Shown here piece after piece: positions 12,907-24,805 of a DNA stretch of 64,000 bases. Positions within the stretch are counted from its first letter, which is position 1. Each line of letters starts with the position of its first letter. The stretch comes from Callorhinchus milii (lineage: Eukaryota), in the NCBI RefSeq assembly GCF_018977255.1, contig NW_024704742.1:91080001-91144000 (forward strand), given 5' to 3'. The translations under genes and the position numbers were made by a program. The notes under the pieces were generated by a model. The model made no database searches. It was not told where the DNA came from and was given only the letters and a program-made list of their open reading frames with translations.

Positions 12907-13084
12907 TTCCCCTCCCCCACTCCCCCAATTCCTTCCCCGTTCTTTTTGAATATTACATCACAGCCGAGATCGATCGCCCATGCCATGGTGTGCGATTGGG
13001 AGACCGCGTCACTTCACCTCATCCCAGAATTTGCAACTCAATATGTATGCATTGTTCTGAAATATTTCATGAAGGGTGTAATTG

Positions 13085-13605
13085 TGGAATCCCGTTGCAT
13101 AATGGTAAGAGCATTGCCTCATAAGCGGGTTCGATTTTGGGGCGGGGCAAAACCTTAGGCAACAACAACAACAAATTTACATTTGTATAGCGCCTTTCAC
13201 GTCAAGAGGATGTCCCGAGGCGCTGGACAGTCAGGGATCCGGTCCCAAGCTGGTGGTTGGGATCAGGAGGGGTGAAAGGCGGGAAAGGTAGGGGTAGGAG
13301 GGTGACCAAAGGCACAGTTGAAGAGGAGTAAGGCAAGTTGCCTCTGTTTATGTGGTTGAAAGTAGCAACTGGTTGTTAGTTAATTGGTGGATCGCTTTCT
13401 GGGAGTAATAATCTCTATATAAAAAATTTAGTCACTCAATTCACAACTGTTTGTAGGATACTGCTGTGCACAATTGGCTGCCATATCGTGCCCACAAAAT
13501 ACACAATCAATTAACTTTACAATATATTCTGTGAAGCACTTTGAGATTTTTCCATGACGTGATAAGCCACCATATCAAATGTAAGGATTATTATTATTAA
13601 TAATA
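13085..13605 (+). mobile_element. Family A SINE interrupted by a minus-strand L2 tail at about 13161-13328
   Basis: tRNA head (tggtaagagc, ggttcgatt); the body resumes at gcctctgttta and ends in an (ATT)n tail. Confidence 0.85.
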
Positions 13606-14227
13606 ATCTATGGCTGTGGCTGGCCCATAATGCATTCTGCAGGCAGGCAGAACCAGGTCAGAACGTAGTGGACAAGCAGATCATATGAGGATTGAATTCT
13701 ATATCCATGTAAGTGATATTAAAATTTATCATGCATATATTAATCTACTCGTGTAAAAGTGCTTGAAGCCACAATTTAAAATAAAGCTAAATTGACTTAA
13801 CAGCACTAAAGTCAATATATGCACTGTTGTAATTGTGTGCAAAGCTTTGAAACTATGTGTTTCTCCCTGGGTATAATTTCCACACGTGCTTAACAGCTAA
13901 AGGTCCAATTTACAACTTTGTATAGATATAAGTTTGACAATACAGTTTATCCATCTTAAATTAGTTGTAACATGCTTTAAAACTCACCAGCTCATTGAAA
14001 TTGTATCTATGAAATGAAACAATTCAACACACAAACTTCCATTACAATTCAGTTGCGGTCTTTACAGCAATTTAAATGGGTATCAGCGTTTGACAATGGG
14101 AGGAGGGAGAGTGCGTAAGAATGTCTGTTGTTTTTCGATGTTTCTCAGTGAAGGTGGAATTCAGCTTCTAGGAGGTTTACAACATTCGGACCACTTTGTA
14201 CAATGACTGTGCATTGTTTTTTGTTTT

Positions 14228-14867
14228 GGTCAGCCAGACGTCTGACACGTGGAAACCCATCCCCATGCTTAAGATTAACCAAACTGAGATTTCCATGGAT
14301 CCCACCTACACATGGGAATTCCAGAGATAGATTGTTGGAATAGAATGTGCACTCTCTCCCTGGATCCTCATCCTCACCTACAAGGCCATTCACGGCCTCG
14401 CTCCCTTCTACCTCTCCGACCTACTACCCCCCTACCTACCTGCCCGTACCCTCCGTTCCTCTGGCTCCGGTCTGCTCCACATCCCCCGCCCCAACCGCCC
14501 TACCATCGGTGGTCGGTCCTTCAGCCTCCCAGCCCTGAGGCTCTGGAACTCCATCCCCCAGTGTCTTCGCCGCTTTCTCCCTTTCCTCCTTCAAGGCCGG
14601 TCTCAAGACCTTTTCCTTTGACTATGCCTTCAACTCCCCTCTCGACTTTCTACCCCCTCCTCGCTCCCTCCCTTCCCTCCCCCTGACCACTTCCCCCCTG
14701 CTCGGGTGCTGACCCAACTGTGCAGCGCCTTGGGACGTCCTCCCGACGTGAAAGGCGCTCTATAAGTGGAATCTTGTTGTTGTTGTTGGAGGGACACATC
14801 CTGCTTATCTAATTCTGGAAAGTATTAGGCACAGGTTGGCAAGAGCCAAGGCTTGGGAACCCCAGAG
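14228..14867 (+). repeat. Unclassified ~210-bp dispersed repeat, split by an L2 insertion
   Basis: Halves 14228-14358 and 14787-14867 join to match the uninterrupted reverse-complement copy at 29336-29544. Confidence 0.85.
14359..14786 (+). mobile_element. L2 LINE 3' fragment
   Basis: Translates to ILILTYKAIHGLAPFYLSDLL...RSFS...LWNSIP; tail gacgtgaaaggcgctctataag(TTG)n. Confidence 0.92.
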
Positions 14868-17800
14868 TGTAAATTGGGTTACTTCTGGAATCCAACCAAC
14901 TAAAACCACATAGCTTGCCATTGATATCACTGTTAAGTATCCACTGGAAGAGCATCACCTGTTATCCCAGAAGTCAGAACCGATGACTGAAATCTATAGG
15001 TTGACAACCGGTGGGGTGATTCAATGCAAAGATTATCACAGGTGATAATTATTACATGTTTGGAATATCCACCCCAGGCAATGGCTCAGTCAGGGAAAGG
15101 GATCATAGAATTTCAGGGTTAGAGTGCAAAATAATGCAAATGCTTCCAACGACTGTCAAAAACCGGCTTCCAATTTAAGAATTTTCCAAAATTCTGTGCA
15201 ATCTTAAAATTTAAGGCAATGATGTTAGGGCTAAGACCATAAGAAGAGTCAACTCATCAACAACATAGGCCACTCATTCTCGCTCCTGTCGTTCTTAATC
15301 CCCCACAATTTCGGGTTCAGTGCTGGTCTCTCAGAAGAAATCCTTCCTGGGAATTAATTCACCTAAATTGCTCATTCGGTTTGCTCAATTTCCATATGTT
15401 AGAGCTAAAAAAAAATCTATTTTCTAGGGACCCCACAAATAAAAGGATAAGAAAATTGATTGTGTTATGTTTTTAGTTGGACAGTTGTGTTCATTAGTTA
15501 CAAGTGTTAGAGTTTTGAGTTAAAATTTCTGTGACAAAACTCCAGGCTCATTTGCCCCCTTTCCCTATCAACCTTGACCAAAACATGAATGATTTTAGCT
15601 GTATCCCATCCACCAGATCAGCTTCATTCTGGTAGACCAATCCTCTATGGTTAGACCAATCCTCATTGTCTGGGCTCACATGGGGAATGTGAGCCCTTTG
15701 TATAGGAGAACATCTGTAGAAATGAATCCCAGAAAAAGTCAGTGCCTTCAGGAGGAGGGAAGAAGACTGAATTGCATGGACAAAAACAAGATTCATCGTT
15801 CTTTGTACCAGTCTAATTGATATAAGGTACAGATGGTGAGACCCCCATGTTAAAAGCATTGAACATTCAATGTGTTTGTTTGTCTGGAAATTGTTGGCAG
15901 TTTTGCTCCAGCTGACATACACCCGCTAAGGGCCACTAACCATTGTGAACACCTTTTGTTTACTGTGCAATCACTCTAGAGAGAAGTGCCATTAAAGTAC
16001 CACCCACAGCTTCCACAGCCTGGGCCAGGCAAACAAGTGCTTTCTTTTCAGCACTGGTGCTGAAATTGCAGAGAGGAATTTGCTTTTGTCAGCAGTTGTG
16101 CATCTGGGGCATTGGAATCCACAGCTCCTCGAACTACACAAGCCCCCTCCGTGCACTCGCTAACATCGTGTTAAGACGCTGAGAGTCCTTGCACACTTGA
16201 GAATGTCAAATCTTAGCAAAAATGACCACTAGGGACAGTTAGCGACTTTCTCTTGAAGAGAATTGAACTAATGCTGTATTTAGCCGGTACCGTTTGCAGC
16301 AAAACAAATACTGTTTATTCACCTCAAAAACTTATAGTATAAACATGCTACATTAGAGCCCTGCTCCTGAGAGGACTTTCAGCAACAAATTGATACCAAC
16401 TCCAACAGTCCATTGATAGCTCTTGAGAGGAACCATTGGAAAGCCTTAGGACTTCCAAGGAACTATTCTCTTAATATTTTTAAAAAGCTGGCTGTCCAGC
16501 TATCTCTTTCATTGCATTAAAAAAACAGCAAATGCTGCAATGCTGGACAACACCCTGAGTTTTGTGCATCATAGAAATTCAAAATTGGACAATGTTTTCC
16601 AACAGCAATCGATGCATTAATGTGCTTGCAGTAAGAAGTAACTCAGGCGCCTCACTGCACATCTCTCATCTCCAGCAGCATAAACATGTATAGATAGTAC
16701 TAAATACAAAGGGCCTGTTGTCTACTCCATGTCCTTTAATTGCATTGAGTTATTCTACTGGCTCTCCAAAGTTTAGGGAGCTAGTTATATATATATATAT
16801 CCTTGAGCAATATTTTATATTTATGGGACAAAATATGCAATATTTCATAACACTTTCAATGGCGTAATTATCACCGTGAATCTGTAGTGAAACACTACAT
16901 TTTTCACCCAATAATTTCATTTGATATTTACAACTTTGTAACTTAAAATGTAATTCTAGCAGGAGCAGGACACTGAGCAGTTTGTTACATTTCAGTCAGC
17001 AGAACAAAACAGAATATCGCTCCCCTCCACAATTTTAATCCTGCACTTTAAACAGTTACAGTCACCCAACTCCCAACGGTAGAATGAGCACGGATGTTCC
17101 TGCTCTGATACACTCGGCTCGCTCACCGGTTCACTTTATTTAACACCCAGGGCGATTGTTAGCTGCGCAGTGTGCGCATCCCACGAGGTATCCTTGATGG
17201 AGACATGTTAATGCAGTAAAATTCTTTCCCTGGCTTTATTTACTGTGAGTGCTCCCCGAGTCCTTTAGCTCTCACCGCGCCAAAACAGAAACGCTGAAGG
17301 TCAAAATCAGCAAGAGTGTTTGGTCAGTGGGTGTATTTGGTTTGACACCAGTTTGGGCTGCCTGTGAAACCCACCAAGTAGATGTACAGCCTGAGACACT
17401 CCAGCTACCCACTTCCACTCTATCAGCATTTTTGTAAATCTGTAATTAGTCTTAAGAGTCAGTGTAAATGAGTCCCCCTGATATATGAAGCACCTAGGCA
17501 GATGTCACATTTATTACAGCTCTATGTCTCCCCCGCTAACTTGAAATACAAAGCCAAAGAGAAATAGGGAATACATTGAAAGTTCAATGTTAACACTACA
17601 CCTCACACAGGCTCCAACACATAAAACCTAGTTACGTCATTTTTAATGAAACTTGTCTTTATATAATGGCCTTCACAAAGGGTAGCTTCTCAGAGCATTG
17701 ATTCTACAATTGTGAGATTGTAAGTATTGTGTCTGTGTGTGAGTATGGGTGGGGTGGGGGGAATCCTATTAACATTTCACACCTATCCAAACAGAGGAAA

Positions 17801-19289
17801 ACAGGCAGACATCAGCCCAATTGACAGTGTACAGCAAACCTCTCATTTCCTTCTGAAAATAAAACATTTAGTTTTTTTTTAAAAAACTCTCTAAACTTGT
17901 CTTTTTTGTTAACATGGCTTCTTAAATTTCAGGATTTGCAACATCCGTGTCACTTCACCTCAACTCAGAATTTGCGACTCTCTTTGTATGCGTTGTTCTG
18001 GAATATTTAATGAAGTGTGTAATTGTGCTCTGTGCTAAGTCTCTCACACCAGTGCACATTTACTGGAATCATCTGACTCAGTGAAAACTCTTCCTCTCGT
18101 CTAAACACATAACAATGCATTGTTACAAAACATTCACTAGTGCAAGTGAACAGCACATTTTGCTAACCAGTCAGTGCGGTTAGACAGTTGTACTAAATTT
18201 GCACAGTTCTGCCTATCTGTACCATATAAGAACTAGACTGAGAGACTTCTCAAAGCCATTTCTTACAGTGCCTTTATACAAATGGGAGAATGGAGTGTGT
18301 TTTATTCCATGTTTGAGCTGGATTCAAACTCATGTCCCAGTGGGAAAGGACAATCCTGTACTTTGCATAAATCATTTTAAAAAGGAATGGTCCTAACTGG
18401 TACAACTTAAGTGAGATTTACTGTAAAACATTGTTCCGTGCTCAACCCAGTCCTCAAAGTATTAATTTTCAGCTGTTTCTGTTTTATCTTTGCTGTTAAC
18501 TCGCAAGTCAAGTGTACAAATCTCTCAGAGCAGTGAAATGCAATGCTATGTGGAAGTGATTGTGTCCACTTCACTGGACAGCACTGCCCCTTTAAATTAG
18601 CTGCTGAAGCCTTCTGTGGAACGGACTGAACATGCAGTCAAGTGAGGCCTTCCTTCCATTTGTTCTAAGTATGTCTGAAAGGTCCCAGCGCATCTTAACA
18701 ATCTTTTATCCCATCCTAACAATCCGTTCCCCCGAGCCCCTGCAATAAAGCAACCGCATTTCCATAATATGCTATACAACCAAGGGGAGGATGGTCACAC
18801 GGAGCTCTTCTGTCTGAGTAAAACCTTTGCAAATCTTATCGAGTTGCAGTAGCAGCCTCGCACACTCACACACAAAAAAACGCTCGCCACGGAATGTCCT
18901 TCTGAATTAAGACGCCTGAAATTCCCTTGAGAACGGAAGGTTTTTAAGTTTTTAATTTGGGAGAAAAAGAAACAACTGAAATGAAAAATTATTTTCTCTG
19001 ATGGAAAGTCTGCAAAAACTCTGATGTTGAGTATGTCAGACCATGATGAGAGGTGTGCACTGAGCATGTGGAATCTTTCTGTTTGTACGTGTAATGCAGG
19101 AAGTGAAGAACTGATAAAAGAATTCGCCTGTTAAGCCTTGACGTGCTCTGTAGTGCCACAATCTTCCTGAAGCCCTCAATCGTTTCTTATATTTGTCCTT
19201 GTTCGTCATGTTTCCTACATTTCACTTTCCAATCTCAGATGGAAGTGGGTAAATCGTGGGATATTTTGTGACAGCTTATTTGTTTTATA

Positions 19290-19730
19290 ATAATAATAAT
19301 CCTTCCATTTGATATAGTGCCTTATCACGTTGAAAGGACATCTCAAAGCGCTTCACAGAATATACTGTAAAGTGAATTGACTGTATATTTTGTGGGCAAA
19401 TGCGGCAGCACAATTTTCGTACCCCAATGTCCCACAAACAGTCAGGTAATGAATGATCAATATTATTTTGGGGGAAATTGTTGGACAGGACAGTCGGAAA
19501 AAATCTTTTTTCTTTTTGAATAGTGCCATGGAATCTTTAATGTCCACCTCAACAGGCAGACGGGACCTCAGTTTGTCTAACCGGAAAGATGACACCTCCA
19601 ACAATGTAACACAGCCTCAGCATTGCATTGGAGTGTCATCTTAGACTATGTGAGTTCAAGTCCCACCATGAGATTTGAACCCGCAACCTTCTGACTCAGA
19701 GGCAAGTATACTGCCCCTCAGCTAAGCTCG
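19290..19730 (-). mobile_element. Near-full-length Deu-domain SINE (family B)
   Basis: Minus-strand tRNA head (agcttagctgag...ggttcaaatc), Deu-like core (aaactgaggtcccgtctgcc...gtggacattaaagattccatggcactatt) and (ATT)n tail. Confidence 0.85.
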
Positions 19731-19936
19731 TTTTATGAGGCAACTGGACAATATATATTTATCATCAACATGGAGGCAATAAAACACTGGCAGGGTTAAG
19801 TCAATATTCCATTGTTAGGTAATTGTATCTACCGTTCTCCACAATCAGGAGCGCAGAGATCTTCACTGCACCGGCATTTAGCCATCGCCTTGAAGCCAGT
19901 AAAAATGCATATTGAGGACACGGGCTCTGTCCTCGT

Positions 19937-20303
19937 GGAGTCCTGTAACATATTGTTTAGAGCACTCGCCTGGCAAGCAAGAGAACCCAGGTTTGATTCC
20001 CAAGCAGGGTGAAACATTAGGCACGTTTCCTTACTCCACACATCTCTGTTTACCTAGCAGTAAGTAGGAACCCGGTTGTTAGTCGCTTTTTACGGGAATA
20101 ATAATCCCTTCAAAAAAATAATAATAATTTGGTCACTTGATCCATGACTGTTTGTGGAACATTGCTGTGCACAATTGGCTGCCATGTTTCGGCCACAAAA
20201 TATACATTCTATTCACTTTACAATAGATTGTGTGAAGCGCTTTGAGACGTCTCAACGGTGTGATAATGTGCTATATCAAATGCATGGATCATAATTATTA
20301 TTA
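19937..20303 (+). mobile_element. Full-length family A SINE
   Basis: tRNA-like head, ctctgtttacctagcagtaagtaggaacc middle segment, shared 3' module and tail. Confidence 0.9.
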
Positions 20304-22619
20304 CACAAGGCTGGTGGCCAAAACATTTTGAAGAAAATCTCCACGGAGCAAACCATTTTGCTAAAGCTCTGGGCTTGTTCAGACCTGAAACCGGTTGATA
20401 ATTATTGACTCACGTTCCTCCGTTTCATAAGCCGATTCTACGTGACAATTAACACATCGAATCCGATACAAGATGCCGCAAAATATTAAACTCAAAATTT
20501 GTGTTGCGCATCTGCAAGTCTGACGGATCAATTGGCCAGGGAGGGGAAAGGTCAGTCAAAGTTGGGGGCTGAGGGAAACTTTCAACACTGAAGGAAAGAG
20601 ATGAGAAATAGACCCAAAGCAACAACACTGTTAAAAGAGTTCTGCAAGACTCAAATGCACTATGGGAATGAACCCGAGGTAAAATCAATTTTATCGCTTC
20701 CCCTTATTCATTAACAAAGGGCTGAAGTGCAACACGAATCACTTATTATAGGCTCTGATACCGCAAACAGAATTTCTGGATGCCTTAGTTAACACTTCAT
20801 AATTAAATACAACAGTACTTTACATCAGGACATCAAACAAGTTATTCATTTTCTGTTCAGGGGTAGGTTCTGTCCAGTTGAAACCCAGGAGACCTCATGC
20901 CTGACCTTATTAAGTGAAAAACTTATTAGCACCATTCACAGGATGCAAACACGTATGGTGCAGTCAGAACGTCCAAGTGCAAACACAAAAGATGCTTTGA
21001 AGCAATTATCAGTCGTATTTATGAATCATTTCACTAGGTGCCATTTGGTGACACCGGCCTGTCATGACAGTGACCGAGCTTATTATTGTGCAAATACAAA
21101 AAAAAAACAACAAACCAAATAGCACTTTGTTGTTTGGTTTGTTATTTTATTTTGTGTGGGAGGCCTATTAGCTCTGTGCGAAATAGGTGGCTTCATTTAA
21201 GTGAATCTTATGCAAAACAGACAAATGCAGTCAAAGCACTGCACCAGTCAATTAAAGTGGCTGGGTAAGTTCTCCAGTGCATAAATTATTGAAGCACTAA
21301 TTTTGTCTTTGGGCCTGGGAGACACTCTAGCTTTAAAATGACAGCTTTATCCATTAGGATGGAGCTGGTGACAGGAGTGCAGGTTTCACAAAGAGCCATT
21401 GATGAAGGGCCCATTCTTAACTGCATTACCAACAGCAATACAGGGACACATCAACATCTCAATCAATACGCGGGAGTCAATTACAGAGGAAGCGCATGCT
21501 TAAGCAGGATCTGATTATTAGGTTCATGTTCAGTCCACCAAATGGACCGTATCGATGAGTCGCTATGCAACGCGCAAATCCTGCCTCTTTGATTGACAGG
21601 GGATATTCCGCTGGGCTGCGGAAGGACAAATGGGTAGTCAAGACCTCCTGCACTAGCCCTGCTGTGCAAAAAGAACAAAAAGCGTGAGAGGAGAGAAGAA
21701 AGAGGAGAAATTAAAGAATCAACGCTGCAGCAAATGATCTGTGGAAGAGTTGGAGCAATGCGGTGCAAGGTTTACAAATTTCTGCTGCCAATGAATAGAA
21801 TCATTCACATAAGGTGCTGGCCTAAGGTTAGAGCCATCAAAGGTGCCTGGTCATCACAAAGCGAGGCAGGGGATTTGTCCCATTGTGGCAGTGTAAGTGT
21901 TTACCGAGTGAATAACTGCGGCTTCGCCCCCAAGAGACAATGGCACAGTTTTAACTCTATCATCAGACAAATGTCACAATAACAATGTGATAATAATGAC
22001 AGCTTTATCCATTAGGATGGAGCTGGGGTAAGTATTTTGCAAGTATTCATCTAGAAGACACACATTCAATACATTTCACTGCATATCCTGTGAAGCGCTT
22101 TGGAAGGTCCTCTCGATATCAAATGTGAAGATTATTTAATTACTTAATACATGGCAACTCTAATATAAGGCAGTGGACTAGGTGCATAAACACAGAGCCT
22201 CAGTGGTAAAATGCAACGGCAAAAAATAATTTGCCCTGTGAGTTGTGCACATGCACGCTGTATACAGGAAGCGTCACTGAAATCACTTTCTGCACAAAGT
22301 AACATCAGCGCTGGTTCCTGTACGGCATGCAGGACATGACATCAGTGATGCTCCCTCCATATGTAAACATGTAGGGGACAAAATACTCAGGAAGTCAGTG
22401 GTGAACTTACAACCCAGAAGGAGGACATTTTGTAGCACAGAAAAACAATCCAGGTATTGCCTGGGTCCACAGTACACCTGCACTATAAAAGGCTGGGTCT
22501 GTTGCAACCTCCAACAGGATAATAACATGCTGCATCTTGCTTTCTGTAATGGGTTTGATACTGATACTGTAAATTATATCAACACATAAATATATGTATA
22601 TTGTTGAAACAAAACTATT

Positions 22620-23600
22620 AAAAAAATCCTCGGCATTTGGTTCAGGACTGCTGGGGCATGCCAAAAAAGCTGTGAGGAGCGTCTAGATATAGTAAGGAAG
22701 AAACTGGGAATGTGGCACCAGTGCTCACTGTCCATCATCGGGAAAGACCTGCTATAAAGTGTGAGGTGCTCTCGGTGTTACTGTACATGGCCCAGGTCTG
22801 ATCTTTGACCAGGAACAATGCCACTACAGTCACCAGAGCAGTTTTCCACCTGATCTGGAGGGCCAAGATGGATCGTGTCAATGCACAAGACCACGGAGAA
22901 AGGTGGCAAAGGTGTCACTATCGTAGCCTGATCCTCATGGCCACCTTTATGTGCTGCTGCCTGAAGCTATGCCTAAAGCCCTATTACGCCAGCAACAAAT
23001 GCCATTACGTGCTGAGCCTCTACCTGTACCCGGTGCTGAGAAGGGTAAGTCTGACAGAACTGCCTCAAAACGTTCCACACAGTTGGAGCAGAACACCTCA
23101 TCACTGGCTCTGATCAACAACCATCAGGACACGGCCTGGCTGGCAATAAAAAGGCCCCCCTCCCGCCCCCGTCTCAGGGCCTTCATGCACAGTCAAGTCC
23201 TTGCCCAGTCTGCGCTGCCCTCAGGCCGACTGGAGAGGTGTAGAGGCCGTGGACCACCTCTTCCTGGAGTGTTGGTATACGAAAGCGGTTTGGAAACAGA
23301 TGGAATGGCTACTCTTGCGGTTCGTCCCTGAGGACCCGCTGTCACGGCACTTGGTGCTGTACGGTCTCTTCCCAGACTCTCACAGCGAGACCCACATCGA
23401 GTTGCCTGGAGGATCATCAACTCCGTGAAGGAGGCCCTTTGGCTCCTGAAACCTGGTGGTCTACCGGTGGAACATGGGAACAGAGAGGGCCTGCTTCTGC
23501 CTCATGCCTACTAGAATCAGGGACTACATGCTGAGGGACACACTGAAGCTTGGCTCATCCACAGCAAAGCACAGCTGGGGCCTGACCACAGCTGGAGCTG
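22620..23600 (+). mobile_element. Tx1-type (L1 clade) non-LTR retrotransposon, ORF2 C-terminal remnant
   Basis: KILGIWF...EERLDIVRKKLGMW; VTRAVFHLIWRAKMDRV; GGKGV; zinc-finger-like CP...EAVDHLFLECWYTKAVWK...LVLYGLFP. Multiple frameshifts and an internal deletion. Confidence 0.88.
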
Positions 23601-24719
23601 CTCTTGTGCTAGCCATGCTCACATTAGCATCACATCCCCATAAGCCAGGGTCCCTACCGGTGGAAGGGAGGCATCAGGGAGCGCTCACCGGGTAACCCAC
23701 AAGCGCTCCCAAAACTGTGAATAAACACGTGTGTAACCATGTAAACGTACAGAGTGATGCTCGAGATGTAACAAAGAGCATCCCAAAAATGTACGTATGT
23801 CTGTTTGCCTCCCCTCGTAAAGGGGGGGAGCAGCAGGGAGTGAGGTAAAGGCTCACCGCCTGTAAAATGATGGCAGAGCCGGGACTTGCCCACCCACGTA
23901 ACTGCTCCCTGTAGAAAAAGGGAACAGAACCCCGACAGGGATGCTGCGGTGACAGGGGTGGGACTGATTGGGAATATAGGCTATGTGTATGGGTTTGTGT
24001 TTGCGAGATTTCCGGGTGTGTGTTTGGGTCAACATGTGTGTGTACGGTACACGTTGGGGCAGCCTCCGAAAGTGGCAATTGCACCTTATCAGGGTGTGTG
24101 CGGGTGCGCACATTAATGTGGTGCACACTGGGGCAATTCCCAACTGTCTTAAAGGGAGCGTCCCAAAAAAATGTGTGCACATCCTGTGTGCTATGAACTT
24201 GCCGTACTCCCCACTAAGAGAGGTGGGGGGATAGGGAGGTGGGTACAAGGGCAGCAGAACCCCTTCACCAAAGTGGAGTGTGCAGAGACAACCCCCACAC
24301 CCCCCACCAGACACCAGCGGCCGGGACTGTTATCTTATGACGGGATAATAACATGTTGCATCTTATTTTCTACAATGGGTTTGATACTGTCTGAGACAAG
24401 CATAAATATATATCAACAAATAAATATATATTTTATAAAAAAACACCTGTACTATACGTAATCAGCGATAAACTAGGATACCTTATTATAGAGTTATGTT
24501 AGTATGATCAGTGCATTTGATGGAGTTCAAATATTGTTGAAACAAAGTGACTGTGTCAGTGAGGCTTTTTCACAGGTGAAGCAATCGATGAATTTGCCGA
24601 ACCAAGCTACCTTGTTCCCGTAGCAACATCTTTGCACGCACACTGTCGTTAGTCGCCACCGGTCAGTCACACTTTCCTGCTCTCATCCATCCTCACTCAT
24701 TCACCACTTCCGAGTAACT

Positions 24720-24805
24720 GGAGTTGAGGTACAGATCAGCCATGATATAATAGAATGGCGGAATAGGCTCAAGAGGCTGAATGGCCGACTCCTTTCCTAT
24801 GTTCC
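24720..24805 (+). mobile_element. CR1 3' UTR/tail fragment
   Basis: gatcagccatgat...gaatggcgga...ggctgaatggccgactcct..cctatgttcc. Confidence 0.7.

Noticed and set aside
23674..24461. Overlapping 80-168 aa ORFs on both strands
   Set aside because: GC-rich, low-stop sequence next to the Tx1 relic, with no recognisable domain.
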